Source of the DNA: a virus
Lineage: Duplodnaviria; Caudoviricetes
Virus record (IMG/VR): IMGVR_UViG_3300007735_000768
Coordinates: 1 to 60,350 of that record
DNA length: 60,350 nucleotides
Strand: one strand, 5' to 3'
Under the pieces are notes generated by a model. It ran no database searches. It saw only the letters and a program-made list of their open reading frames with translations, and was not told the origin of the DNA. The translations under genes and the position numbers were made by a program. Positions 18,101 through 28,026 of this stretch are shown piece by piece (within the stretch, counting starts at the first letter, position 1; each line of letters starts with the position of its first letter).

Positions 18101-18493
18101 ATGGCATACGAATTTAGTAATTACAGCGTAAAGGTAACCCTCGTCGCAGGTGCTGACCTTTCTGCTTTGCAGTACTACTTCGTCAAGTTGAATTCATCAG
18201 GTCAAGCAGTCGCATGCGCGGCGGCAACTGATGTTCCAGTTGGCGTATTACAGAACGCACCAACATCAGGACAGGAAGCAGAAGTCCTAGTTGTTGGCGG
18301 CACAAAGATTGTTGCAGGAGCGGCTATTACTCTCCCATCAGCAATCGGAACAGGTGCAACAGGCAAGGCTGTTGCTCTCGCAACAACAGACACAACCAAG
18401 TATGTAGTTGGCTCATTGATTACAGCATCAGCCGCAGATGGAAACATCGTGACTGCTGTTGTTAACTGCGCTAACGCAACACGAGCAAACTAA
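18101..18493 (+). CDS. Capsid decoration/cement protein (DUF2190-like)
   Basis: Small A/G/V-rich protein, GVLQN motif, between scaffold and capsid. Confidence 0.75.
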   Translation: MAYEFSNYSVKVTLVAGADLSALQYYFVKLNSSGQAVACAAATDVPVGVLQNAPTSGQEAEVLVVGGTKIVAGAAITLPSAIGTGATGKAVALATTDTTKYVVGSLITASAADGNIVTAVVNCANATRAN

Positions 18494-18507
18494 GGGGAGC
18501 GACTTAA

Positions 18508-19485
18508 ATGCCACAACCAAATGTAAATAGCACACACATTGATGCTATTCTCACAAACATTTCTGTTGCTTATCTACAAAAGCAGGACAACTTTATCGCT
18601 GATAAGGTTTTCCCTGTAATTCCAGTAGATAAGAAATCGAACAAGTATTTCGTCTACACAAAGAATGACTGGTTCCGCGATGAGGCACAACGCCGCGCCG
18701 ATGCAACCGAGTCTGCTGGTAGCGGATACTCACTCACAACAGCAACTTACAACACAGATGTCTTTGCATTCCACAAGGATGTAGGCGATCAGACAGTTGC
18801 TAACTCAGATGCACCATTGAACCCACTTCGCGAAGCCGCAGAATTCGTTACACAGCGTCTATTGCTTCGTCGTGAATTGCAGTTCGTATCTGACTTCTTC
18901 ACCACAGGTGTATGGGGAACAGATGTAACAGGTGTTGCAGGTTCACCATCAACAGGCGAAACAAAGCAGTGGTCAGATTACTCAGCATCAGACCCAATCA
19001 ATGACATCGAAGCGGCAAAGGCGTCAATCCTTTCAACAACAGGTATCGAGGCAAACACACTCGTTCTTGGTTACGATGTATTCCGTCAGTTGAAGAATCA
19101 CCCTGACCTAGTTGATCGCATCAAGTACACATCTTCACAGACCATCACAACCGACATGCTCGCGGCAATGTTTGACATTCCACGCGTTATGGTTGCAAAG
19201 GCTGTAAAGGCAACAAACAACGAAGGTGCCGCTGGCGCATACTCATTTGCTTATGGCAAGGGCGCGCTACTTTGCAATGTCGCAACAAACCCAGGAGTTC
19301 TAACTCCTTCTGCTGGATACCAGTTCTCATGGACTGGCGTTTCAGGCGGTCTTGGTGCAAACATTGGAACATCTTCATTCCGTATGGAGTCAATCAAGGC
19401 AACTCGTGTCGAGGCTGAAATGGCATTTGACAACAAGGTAGTTGCTAACGATCTTGGCTACTTCTGGAACACAATCGTTGCTTAA
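18508..19485 (+). CDS. Major capsid protein
   Basis: HIDAILTNISVAY...IADKVFPVIPV, WSDYSASDPINDI, LKNHPDLVDRIKY; strong terminator follows. Confidence 0.9.
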   Translation: MPQPNVNSTHIDAILTNISVAYLQKQDNFIADKVFPVIPVDKKSNKYFVYTKNDWFRDEAQRRADATESAGSGYSLTTATYNTDVFAFHKDVGDQTVANSDAPLNPLREAAEFVTQRLLLRRELQFVSDFFTTGVWGTDVTGVAGSPSTGETKQWSDYSASDPINDIEAAKASILSTTGIEANTLVLGYDVFRQLKNHPDLVDRIKYTSSQTITTDMLAAMFDIPRVMVAKAVKATNNEGAAGAYSFAYGKGALLCNVATNPGVLTPSAGYQFSWTGVSGGLGANIGTSSFRMESIKATRVEAEMAFDNKVVANDLGYFWNTIVA

Positions 19486-19497
19486 TTAACTTGATTA

Positions 19498-19530
19498 GGA
19501 GGGGAGAGCAGAAATGTTCTCCCCTTCTTT
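19498..19530 (+). terminator. Rho-independent terminator after capsid gene
   Basis: GAGGGGAGAGCA-GAAA-TGTTCTCCCCTTC-TTT. Confidence 0.8.
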
Positions 19531-19547
19531 CATAGATAAGGAAAATA

Positions 19548-19736
19548 ATGAAAGTCAAAATCCTCAAGGCATTTGTTGTAGACGGAAAGATGTTGGAAGT
19601 CGGATCAATTCATGACGCATCATCTTGGAGAAATGTTAAGACGCTAGAAGGATCGCGCTACATTGCGCCGATCTATTACACAAGCGAAAACGAAACAAAC
19701 AAAGAAACCAAACCTTCTGCCGTAAAAAAGGCATAA
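19548..19736 (+). CDS. Small hypothetical head-associated protein
   Basis: AAGGA RBS; position after capsid. Confidence 0.6.
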   Translation: MKVKILKAFVVDGKMLEVGSIHDASSWRNVKTLEGSRYIAPIYYTSENETNKETKPSAVKKA

Positions 19737-19796
19737 AGGAAGTAAGATTGGGGGGCGTGGAGTAATCTGCGCCCTTTAATCATTTAAGGAGCAGTC

Positions 19797-20369
19797 GTGG
19801 CAATTCCAGCAAACCTCAGCCTTGTAACAGTTACAGGCACATACATCGATATTAGCGGTGTTCCTATTGCTGGACAGGTTAAATTCACCCCACGCGCAGT
19901 TCTTCGAAATGTTACTTCAAATGTGATTCTTGTTAACTCAACGATCGTAGTCACACTTGATGCTAACGGCTCATTCTCACAGCAACTTGTAGCAACAGAT
20001 GACAATGACGCATCACCAATCAACTTCACATACTTTGTAGAAGAAGCATTCGTAGGCGGTCGCCAATTCGATATTTTGCTTCCTGCGGCAACTGCAACAA
20101 TTGATCTTGCAGATGTTTCTCCTGCTATTGCGAACGACGGCACAGGCGCACTTTATATTAGCGCGGCAGAATTCAATGATTATGAGGCGCGATTAACTAT
20201 TGTTGAAGGCAAGGCGGGTGCGGTAGAAACATATCTTGCAAGCCTACAAAGTGCGCTCGCAACTGCTATTACTAATTCAAACAACGCTCGCGCATTAGTT
20301 AACTCATATGTCACCTCTATTGGCAATATAGGAGATAACGGAATCCTTTATCCTTCAAGGGCGTTCTAA
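19797..20369 (+). CDS. Putative virion structural protein (prealbumin-like N-domain plus coiled coil)
   Basis: VTVTGTYID..G.P..GQVKFTP, LDANGSFS; paralogous N-terminus to next gene. Confidence 0.65.
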   Translation: MAIPANLSLVTVTGTYIDISGVPIAGQVKFTPRAVLRNVTSNVILVNSTIVVTLDANGSFSQQLVATDDNDASPINFTYFVEEAFVGGRQFDILLPAATATIDLADVSPAIANDGTGALYISAAEFNDYEARLTIVEGKAGAVETYLASLQSALATAITNSNNARALVNSYVTSIGNIGDNGILYPSRAF

Positions 20370-21442
20370 TGGCACTTCCATTAAACATTACTCAAATCAC
20401 TTTGACGGGTCAGTATCTTAATTTTCAAGGTCAAGCGATCGATGGTCAAGTAAAGATTTATCCATCGCAGGTATTGATCGACTCAGCCGCCGATCGCATC
20501 ATCATTCCTTCAACGATCACAGTTGACTTAGTTGCAGGTGCGTTCAGCGTAAGCGTTCCGATTACAAATGATCCCGATGTTAACCCTTTAAACTATTACT
20601 ACTACTTTGAAGAATCGTTTGAGGGTGGTCGCACTTACATCATTTCATTACCTGCAAGCCTCGGCGCATCTGTTGACATATCCGACCTTCGAACCGATCA
20701 ATCAATTGTTGAATACATTCAACCGATCGCCTATCAACTATGGCCGCCTCTCCAAATACGAACACAGGATCTTGAAACCGACTACATCAATGCAACAAAT
20801 CCCGCAACAACTTTGCCAATTCCGGGAACTTATCAATGGCTCTATCTTTACTTCGATACCTATGCTTCAATGGCAAGCACATGGGCAACATACGCGAGCG
20901 CGGTCAATCCAAATCTTGTTTTAACTAACGCTCGGGTTGGTCAAATCTATGATCGTATGACCCGCCTTAATAATTACTCAGCAACCACAACCGACTTGCG
21001 CGAAACAACAAATTTGGGCGTTGTAAGTCGCACAGGATATAACGCGGTTGCGGCAAAGTTTGGAACATACACAGCAGTCGCGGCTCAGTATGTCAATTAT
21101 GCCGCGCTCGCGTCAGCAACATTTACTTGGTCATATGCGCAAGTCGGAACGCTTATTGGAAACATTGGCAATGCCCTTACGGGAACCGATCGCACCGAAT
21201 ACGCAAGCCTTACCGATCCATTGCTCAGTTTAACAACAACCAAAACAGGTAACGATTATGGTGCTTTGACTTTGTCAGGTCTTACAAACGAGCAAGCCGC
21301 AGGTGCGTTTGCGACATACGGCGCACTTGCCGCTGGGTCGTTTTCTATTACAGTTCGCGATTGGGCTGATAGACTAAGAACTGCGGCTAATCGTCCTTCA
21401 CCGCTACTTACAAGGAGTTATGAGTATGGCATTAACATATAA
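20369..21442 (+). CDS. Putative virion structural protein, paralogue of previous, with TY/YA repeats
   Basis: ITLTGQYLN..G....GQVKIYP; repeated ATYA/TYTA motifs. Confidence 0.65.
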   Translation: MALPLNITQITLTGQYLNFQGQAIDGQVKIYPSQVLIDSAADRIIIPSTITVDLVAGAFSVSVPITNDPDVNPLNYYYYFEESFEGGRTYIISLPASLGASVDISDLRTDQSIVEYIQPIAYQLWPPLQIRTQDLETDYINATNPATTLPIPGTYQWLYLYFDTYASMASTWATYASAVNPNLVLTNARVGQIYDRMTRLNNYSATTTDLRETTNLGVVSRTGYNAVAAKFGTYTAVAAQYVNYAALASATFTWSYAQVGTLIGNIGNALTGTDRTEYASLTDPLLSLTTTKTGNDYGALTLSGLTNEQAAGAFATYGALAAGSFSITVRDWADRLRTAANRPSPLLTRSYEYGINI

Positions 21443-21755
21443 AGTCCTAGGACAATCTGCCCCTGCCGCCGCAACGCTCACAGATATTTATACTGTTCCA
21501 TCTGCAACCTACGCGATCATCAACTCCGTAGTTGTTTGCAATACAGGATCAAGTTCAACAACATTTCGTGTTTCAGTCGCCAAAGATGGCGCGGCTGATA
21601 CCCTTGCTCAATATGTTGCTCGCGAAGTAATTATCAACGGCAATTCAACAACAGAACTAGCGTTAGGTATAACGATGGACGCGGCAGATGTATTAAGAGT
21701 TTATTCAACATCTGGTAGCCTTTCATTTAATGCCTTTGGCGTAGAGATCGTTTAG
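21426..21755 (+). CDS. Small virion protein (YTVP family)
   Basis: YKVLGQSAP...IYTVP...FNAFGVE; paralogue of 22301. Confidence 0.65.
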   Translation: MALTYKVLGQSAPAAATLTDIYTVPSATYAIINSVVVCNTGSSSTTFRVSVAKDGAADTLAQYVAREVIINGNSTTELALGITMDAADVLRVYSTSGSLSFNAFGVEIV

Positions 21756-21764
21756 GAGATATAG

Positions 21765-22253
21765 ATGCCAACAACATCAGGCGGGTTAAGATACCCAGCG
21801 TCAACAGATGCGATCAATATTCCATTGGATATGGCAAATCTTGCCAACGATGTTCAGACATACATCAACGCTAACGCCTTGACAACTACTGGAACCTACA
21901 CCCTAACAAACAAAAAAATTGGTTCAACAGGTCTTGGTTGGACAGGATCATCGGGACAAACAACTTTCACAACAACACTTCAAGCGACTATTCCAACAGG
22001 CAACAACACAGTCACTATTCCCAACGCCTCAGGAACTATCTCTCTAATTTCATTAGCGGAAACACTTTCCAACAAGACATTCCAGAATCAAATTTCGATC
22101 AATGGCTCCGCATCGGGAACAGCGATCATCACAGCCCCAAATACCGCAGGAACTCCCACCCTAACCCTTCCTACAACAACAGGCACACTTGCCATTGTTG
22201 ACGATATTGGTCAAGGAGAAATGCTCGTCGTAATGGGAGTTTACGGCGGTTAA
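21765..22253 (+). CDS. Fibre-like virion protein
   Basis: GLRYP, TLTNK repeats, TLTLPTTTGTLA. Confidence 0.65.
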   Translation: MPTTSGGLRYPASTDAINIPLDMANLANDVQTYINANALTTTGTYTLTNKKIGSTGLGWTGSSGQTTFTTTLQATIPTGNNTVTIPNASGTISLISLAETLSNKTFQNQISINGSASGTAIITAPNTAGTPTLTLPTTTGTLAIVDDIGQGEMLVVMGVYGG

Positions 22254-22300
22254 TCAAACCTTTTATGGCAGAATAAGCCCTAGACGAAAGAGGATAAGAA

Positions 22301-22606
22301 ATGCCAGTTAATACACCGAAGGCACTTGCGCGAGGCGCGTTTGCTACCTCATCTGCAACGCTTTACACAGTTCCTGCATTGACTACCGCGATCATTACAA
22401 ACATTGTGGTCACAAACAGCGCGGCATCATCTGCAACTTTCACCCTCGTTCTAGACGGCGTTGATCTTTTCAAGACAACAACAATTGCCGCTAACTCATC
22501 TGTTGTAATGGACATGAAGCAAGTATTGACAACTACCAAATTGATCACAGGACTTGCATCTGCTGTTACTGTTAACTACCACATTAGTGGAGTGGAGAGC
22601 GTCTAA
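22301..22606 (+). CDS. Small virion protein (YTVP family)
   Basis: TLYTVP...ITNIVVTN...HISGVE. Confidence 0.65.
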   Translation: MPVNTPKALARGAFATSSATLYTVPALTTAIITNIVVTNSAASSATFTLVLDGVDLFKTTTIAANSSVVMDMKQVLTTTKLITGLASAVTVNYHISGVESV

Positions 22607-22608
22607 TC

Positions 22609-23070
22609 ATGGCAATCAATACTTATCCCGCAGTCGCGTCACCAATTAAATCAATTCAGCGCGGAAGCGCGGCTGGTGCAGGAACAGTAACTATTACTGC
22701 TATTGATATTTCTAAGTCAACAGTAAATGTTTTTGGGTCGGCATCATCAGGAACGGTTGCGGCATCATTTGGTCTTAATGCGCCAGGTTCAGGCAATGTG
22801 CGCCTTCATGGTGTTTCGAGTTACCACCAAAATAACTTTGGTCAAGTTCAAGCGCCTACTGGTGCTACATTTGGTAATACTTGGACCAACTCCAACGGCG
22901 GAAATAACTATTATTGGTATTTTGATACTGCCGTAAACGCGGGTACCGCGCCAACACCTAATGCTGGTTCAAATAATCTTGTAGCCGCAGTTGTGCAAGG
23001 GTATCTTTCAAACTCGACATCGCTAGTCGTATCAGGCGCTTGTCGCTGGGAAGTTGTGGAGTATAACTAA
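22609..23070 (+). CDS. Putative fibre/receptor-binding tip protein
   Basis: IKSIQRG start and WEVVEY end. Confidence 0.6.
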   Translation: MAINTYPAVASPIKSIQRGSAAGAGTVTITAIDISKSTVNVFGSASSGTVAASFGLNAPGSGNVRLHGVSSYHQNNFGQVQAPTGATFGNTWTNSNGGNNYYWYFDTAVNAGTAPTPNAGSNNLVAAVVQGYLSNSTSLVVSGACRWEVVEYN

Positions 23071-23498
23071 TGAAATCTTTTATTCAATTACATGATGGTA
23101 TCGGTTTTGCAATTATTCACACAGAAGGCGATGTAGACCATACTGTTACTCCCGATCACATAACCGCAGTTGAAGTTGATTCGGACAATCCAAGTCAATT
23201 TTTAAAAATGAAATATGATGAAAAAACAAAATCATGGTCGCAAGCACCTCTCATTTACTACGGCGAAGTTGATGATCGCGGAAATGTAATTGAAATTCGC
23301 AGAACTTATTTTGTTCACGAAACTGAGGGCATGCCTATTTTGCCAGAAGATTTTGAGCCTAATTGGAAATGGATCAATAATGAATGGGTGAAACCATACA
23401 TTGAAAGCGAAGTTATTGTTTCTGAACTAACCGCACCAACAGAAACAGAAGAAGAAAGAATTGCAAGAGTGACCGCTTTAGGCGGCACCCCTAATTGA
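23070..23498 (+). CDS. Putative fibre assembly chaperone
   Basis: KYDEKTKSWS and WKWINNEWVKP motifs, follows tip protein. Confidence 0.5.
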   Translation: MKSFIQLHDGIGFAIIHTEGDVDHTVTPDHITAVEVDSDNPSQFLKMKYDEKTKSWSQAPLIYYGEVDDRGNVIEIRRTYFVHETEGMPILPEDFEPNWKWINNEWVKPYIESEVIVSELTAPTETEEERIARVTALGGTPN

Positions 23499-23557
23499 CA
23501 TTCAGCATCAAATAAAAGATGATAGCGTCTATCTTACATCAAAAGATAGGCGCTATT

Positions 23558-24262
23558 ATGTTTTTTAAAAAGAAAGAACCAGTAATCACTTTTGTTCCTT
23601 TCTTATCGTTTCATTTATCTTCTCAACCAGTTCTTGCCTCGCAGGTTGTTCCAGAATGGTATAAAAAAACAGCAAGTTACATACCCGAAGAAAAAAAATT
23701 AACTTCCGAGAGAACTATTAAACGGTGCATGCCTGTTTTCGATGCAATGAGCGCGGGTTATATTATTTCTACGCCTTGCGATATAAGTGTGACTCAAATA
23801 GACGGAGAGCCACAATACGAACCTTCAATGAGAGACACTATTCAATATCATCCTCAAAAACAAGCAACTTTTCATCCTAAAGCACATCCTTTTCAATTCC
23901 CAAAATTTATTAACGCTTGGGGCATAAAAACCCCCAAAGGATACTCATGTTTATTTATTGCACCTATGCACAATGAAAATCCTTGGTTTGAATGTTTAGC
24001 AGGTCTTGTAGACACCGATCGTTACGATGCGCCCGTGAATTTTCCATTTGTTTTAAAAGACCCAAAATTTGAAGGCATTATTCCAGCAGGAACGCCAATG
24101 ATTCAAGTCATTCCTTTTAAGCGAGAAGATTGGGGTTACGGAATTGGAAATGATAAAGATGTTCTCAATGCGCAGGAAACAGATAAAGAATTAAGTATCG
24201 TTTTTTTTGATAGATACAAACGACTATTCCGAGATAAAAAAATATGGAATAGAAAACTTTAG
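23558..24262 (+). CDS. Conserved phage protein (PEWYK...TIKRCMP..DA...GY family, DUF6065-like)
   Basis: TPKGYSCLF, GLVDTD, GTPMIQVIPFKRE; AT-rich island. Confidence 0.7.
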   Translation: MFFKKKEPVITFVPFLSFHLSSQPVLASQVVPEWYKKTASYIPEEKKLTSERTIKRCMPVFDAMSAGYIISTPCDISVTQIDGEPQYEPSMRDTIQYHPQKQATFHPKAHPFQFPKFINAWGIKTPKGYSCLFIAPMHNENPWFECLAGLVDTDRYDAPVNFPFVLKDPKFEGIIPAGTPMIQVIPFKREDWGYGIGNDKDVLNAQETDKELSIVFFDRYKRLFRDKKIWNRKL

Positions 24263-24942
24263 TTATAGTTTTTTTTGACCCATTTATTTTTCTTATACCA
24301 ACCGCTAAAAGAAAGCGTTGATATTCTGTGATTCTTTCTTCCTTCTTTAACGAGTTGATCGTTATCTTCTTTTGATAACCAATCCTCTCGTTTGAAAGGA
24401 ATAATTTGATAAATTGGAGTTCCTTTTTTAATAATGCCTTCAAAATTGTTATCAATAAAAAAAGGTAGCCTACCCGTGTGCATAATTCCATCAGTATCAA
24501 CTACCGCGCTCATTGTTGTAAATGGTAAATCAAATCTATTTAAAGGATGAGTGATCAAAGAACTATAACCCTTAGGCGTTTTCATGAAATAAGGAATAAG
24601 CCATGTCAATCTTTGTTGAGAGTGACCAGCGGGTGTTGGAAGTAACATAGTTGAGTCCATTGGTCTTTGTTCAATAGGAATTAACTCGGGAGTATGCCAA
24701 GAAAATGTTTTACTACCATCGGGTTTAGTTTCTACTAAAATGTCACACCACAATTCGGCAATGTAACCTGTTGTCAATCCGTCCAAAAAAGGAACACATC
24801 TTTTTAAGGTTTGAGATGTTGGGTGACTGTCATAAGTTAACGGGGTTTGCTTATACCAATTAGGTATGTAATTTTTTGCAGGTTTTGGATTATTAAATAC
24901 ATCGCCATTGCCAAATTCAATAATAGGTTTTTTATTAAACAT
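24259..24942 (-). CDS. Paralogue of previous (PNWYK...TLKRCVP..D...GY)
   Basis: TPKGYSSL, VVDTD, GTPIYQIIPFKRE; convergent with 23558 gene. Confidence 0.7.
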   Translation of the reverse strand: MFNKKPIIEFGNGDVFNNPKPAKNYIPNWYKQTPLTYDSHPTSQTLKRCVPFLDGLTTGYIAELWCDILVETKPDGSKTFSWHTPELIPIEQRPMDSTMLLPTPAGHSQQRLTWLIPYFMKTPKGYSSLITHPLNRFDLPFTTMSAVVDTDGIMHTGRLPFFIDNNFEGIIKKGTPIYQIIPFKREDWLSKEDNDQLVKEGRKNHRISTLSFSGWYKKNKWVKKNYN

Positions 24943-24946
24943 TTTG

Positions 24947-25663
24947 TTACTCCATAATATTCTTTTTAATTGATTTTGAAATTGCCTTTTGCAAGCCATT
25001 CTTATTAAATCTTGAATACAAAGAAGTCAAACTTGATGACTTTTGATATTTCTTGTAATCAATACAAGCCTGAGATAGATTCATTAAATCTTGATCAAAA
25101 TGAAAGCGTTTTAAGATAACAGGTTTCTCCGTATTAAATTTAACATATGCGATAGGGTCTCCTTTTTTAATGCTTACAAAATTGACATTTTCATTTAATT
25201 GTATTGCGGCTTCTACGGGTCTAAACCAAGAATTTATATTAAAAGTTCCCGGAACGAAATGCCCATTAAAAACTTGAGGGTGTAAATAAGCGGGCATTGC
25301 TACCATTTCTAACGGCTCATCAGACCAAAAAATCCAATTGTTTAATATAGAAAAAGTAAAGGCATTTTCAACTGTCGCTTCTTTTTTTGTTACAAATTTA
25401 ATAGTTTCTAAATCGCTTTCAGGCAATTGCATAATGCCTAAAGTCGAATGTAACCCAAAAGTAACTTCAAACGGAGATTCTAAAACAAAACTATTTTTGA
25501 CAGTATTTAGAAAAGCGTGACATTGAAACCAATTGTCGTGCTTGTTGGTTTTATTTTGCTTATATTTTATTGATGAAAGAACAGATTTCGGTTCATCATA
25601 TAAAAGATGCAAAGAAGCAAAGTCGGTACTTGGATACCAAGGTGACCAATAAACTATTTTCAT
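24947..25663 (-). CDS. Conserved phage protein, distant relative of the two previous
   Basis: PGTFNINSWFRP, IKKGDPIAYVKF. Confidence 0.65.
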   Translation of the reverse strand: MKIVYWSPWYPSTDFASLHLLYDEPKSVLSSIKYKQNKTNKHDNWFQCHAFLNTVKNSFVLESPFEVTFGLHSTLGIMQLPESDLETIKFVTKKEATVENAFTFSILNNWIFWSDEPLEMVAMPAYLHPQVFNGHFVPGTFNINSWFRPVEAAIQLNENVNFVSIKKGDPIAYVKFNTEKPVILKRFHFDQDLMNLSQACIDYKKYQKSSSLTSLYSRFNKNGLQKAISKSIKKNIME

Positions 25664-26215
25664 TTAAATAAAGTCAATATTGATTACACAACGGTAGTCA
25701 TGCTTAATTGGTTTTGAAGAGGCATGATATTGCAACCCGTCAAAAATAACTCCACGACCCATTCTAGGGCTTACCCTCAATGCTTCCGTTAAATCCTTTT
25801 TTTCAATATTTATGCCTTCATGCCAAAATTGTTCAAAAAAAACAGTATCTCCGTCCGAATCATTTACATAGTATAAAAAAACTTTATGTGGAGTATTTTG
25901 ATCAACATGAGGTGCAAGATAATCGCTTGATGTTGCCCTTGTTGTTATATTTGATTTAATTCGAATAATTTCATTAACCGCAATTGAATGTTTTAATGTA
26001 AAATTTTTAAACAGACGCAAGATTCCCGCAGATGTGTTTGTGTCGGCAAACACGCTATGAACAAATTGAAAAGAGTGATCGTTTTCTAGTGATTCTTTAG
26101 AAGAACGCTCAATATTTGTCTGAGGCTGAAATTGCCATACTCCATGCGTCAACAAACCTTGTTGAAATTCTAAAGCGGATTCATAGGGGATAAAATTGTC
26201 ATCTTGAATAATCAT
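25664..26215 (-). CDS. 2OG-Fe(II) oxygenase superfamily protein
   Basis: PHVD...LYYVNDSDGDT.FF...IFDGLQYHAS...R.VIN (HxD...H...R). Confidence 0.85.
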   Translation of the reverse strand: MIIQDDNFIPYESALEFQQGLLTHGVWQFQPQTNIERSSKESLENDHSFQFVHSVFADTNTSAGILRLFKNFTLKHSIAVNEIIRIKSNITTRATSSDYLAPHVDQNTPHKVFLYYVNDSDGDTVFFEQFWHEGINIEKKDLTEALRVSPRMGRGVIFDGLQYHASSKPIKHDYRCVINIDFI

Positions 26216-26284
26216 AAAACTAGCCTACTCTGGTGTCGGGTTGAGTTCAAGCCTTAGTTGGGGTAGGGCGTGTAAGATAGAGGC

Positions 26285-26725
26285 ATGACTTTTACCTATG
26301 TAGGACCCGCGACCTCTGATCGCGATAAGGTGCGCTTTCTTATTCAGGACACGGATTCAAATAACCCGCATATGACTGATGAGGAAATCAATTGGTTGAT
26401 CAGCGAATGGGCAGATGTTTATGACGCGGCGGCTAACGCGGCAGATGTCCTTGCTGGTTCATACGCTCACAAGGCTGACTACAACAAGTCGGTCGGAGAT
26501 TTAAGTTTAAGTGAAACATTCTCAACACAGTCACAGCGTTTCTCGTCACTTGCAACTAGCCTTCGACTTAATCGCATGCGTCGCTATGTCCCAACATGGG
26601 TTGCAAATGCAGAAGCACTTAAATCAACTGCCGATCGTGTTGTAGATACTCACAACACAGATGCGTTTATGGGTCAAATGGATAATCCACGCGGAACGGG
26701 TCTTTACTCAGACGGAGAAAGTTAA
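26285..26725 (+). CDS. Head-tail adaptor
   Basis: DRDKVRFLIQDTD...MTDEEI; first of connector genes. Confidence 0.75.
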   Translation: MTFTYVGPATSDRDKVRFLIQDTDSNNPHMTDEEINWLISEWADVYDAAANAADVLAGSYAHKADYNKSVGDLSLSETFSTQSQRFSSLATSLRLNRMRRYVPTWVANAEALKSTADRVVDTHNTDAFMGQMDNPRGTGLYSDGES

Positions 26726-27078
26726 TGTCGCATCAATGGACAGGACCCGAAGGCATTGATGCCAAGTTTGCAGAAATGATGACTGACACGATCGTGTTTA
26801 ACGCGGGATCAGCCATTGACAAATATGGCAAGCGCACTTATGGTGGAACTACAACAACTGCAACAGGTCGAATTGTATTTGAAAATCGCTTGATGAAAGA
26901 TGCAGAAGGACAAGACATTGTTTCAACAGGTCGCGTTTATCTCTATGGTGCTTATGGGTCGCTGACTCTTGCTGACAAAATAACTTTGCCAAATGGAACA
27001 ACACCCGTGATCATTGCACTTGAAACAAAGAAAGATACAGGCGGCAATCACCACACAGTTGTTCACTTTGGTGTCTAA
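26725..27078 (+). CDS. Head closure/stopper protein
   Basis: DKYG, DKITLP; synteny. Confidence 0.65.
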   Translation: MSHQWTGPEGIDAKFAEMMTDTIVFNAGSAIDKYGKRTYGGTTTTATGRIVFENRLMKDAEGQDIVSTGRVYLYGAYGSLTLADKITLPNGTTPVIIALETKKDTGGNHHTVVHFGV

Positions 27079-27479
27079 TGGAAATCTACTTCACAAACCT
27101 TGATCGTATTCAAGCGGCAATTGCGGCATCGGGTAAAGCGGGTGCAGAGGTAGCGGCTCGCGCATTGCGTCACGAAGCACAAGAGGCATTTGCACGATCA
27201 CAAGATCAAGTTCCTGTTGATACAGGCGCACTCAAAGGATCGGGTCGAGTTCGACCTGAAACAGGCGGTGTTTTTCATGCGGGCAATGAGGTCTTTGTTG
27301 AATTGACTTACGGATCAACCGCGGTCAGTTACTCAGTTCCTGTTCACGAAAACCTCGAAGCGCATCACCCTCACGGCAATGCCAAGTATCTTGAAATCCC
27401 AATGGCACAACAAGCCGCTGGTGCAGGTGGGCGCATTGCTGATAAAGTAGAGGCAATTCAGAAAGGAATGATCAAATGA
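27078..27479 (+). CDS. HK97 gp10-like neck protein
   Basis: VPVDTGALKGS, VHE, AKYLE. Confidence 0.8.
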   Translation: MEIYFTNLDRIQAAIAASGKAGAEVAARALRHEAQEAFARSQDQVPVDTGALKGSGRVRPETGGVFHAGNEVFVELTYGSTAVSYSVPVHENLEAHHPHGNAKYLEIPMAQQAAGAGGRIADKVEAIQKGMIK

Positions 27480-27874
27480 TCCTAGAGGCATTAGGCGATT
27501 ATTTAGTCACCAATAACAAAGGCACATTGGGTTCAACGATCTTCTTAGGCAAGATGCCAGCAAGTCCTGACTATTGCATTACTGTCTACGAGTATGAAGG
27601 CGTTCCACCGAAAGAATCATTTGGCACAGCCGCCTTTGACATTGACATGCCTCGAATTCAAGTTGTAGTTCGAGCGGCTCGCGATGATTACCCAACTGCT
27701 CGTGATGCGGCAGAATCAATTCGACAACTTTTCGCATCGATCACGAACTTAACGATTTCTTCAACGAAGGTCTTGCGTGTCGCGTCAATAGGCTCTACCC
27801 TTCCTTTAGGCTTAGATGATAAGGACAGACCTCGCATCAGTGCTAACTTTCAGGCATATGTAGAAAGACAGTAA
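27476..27874 (+). CDS. Tail terminator (minor capsid-type)
   Basis: PRIQVVVRA, LGLDDKDRP..SANF. Confidence 0.75.
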   Translation: MILEALGDYLVTNNKGTLGSTIFLGKMPASPDYCITVYEYEGVPPKESFGTAAFDIDMPRIQVVVRAARDDYPTARDAAESIRQLFASITNLTISSTKVLRVASIGSTLPLGLDDKDRPRISANFQAYVERQ

Positions 27875-28026
27875 TGAGCGAGCCGATCAAAGACCCTTAC
27901 GGAAGGGGCGCAAATCGTGACGAAACTCCCAAGTGCTGGCGGTGCGGCAGAATCCTTGCCGAATACCTCACAGTCCCATACTCGCTCAAATGCTCTCGAT
28001 GCAAAGCAGTCAATCAGCACCTTTAA
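27874..28026 (+). CDS. Mu Com-like zinc-finger regulator (50 aa, not in ORF track)
   Basis: KCWRCGRILAE...LKCSRCKAVN; TAATG coupling to tail terminator. Confidence 0.75.
   Translation: MSEPIKDPYGRGANRDETPKCWRCGRILAEYLTVPYSLKCSRCKAVNQHL

Noticed and set aside
14935-19485. Encapsulin nanocompartment with ferritin cargo
   Set aside because: Capsid lies in a full phage morphogenesis context with portal, terminase and tail
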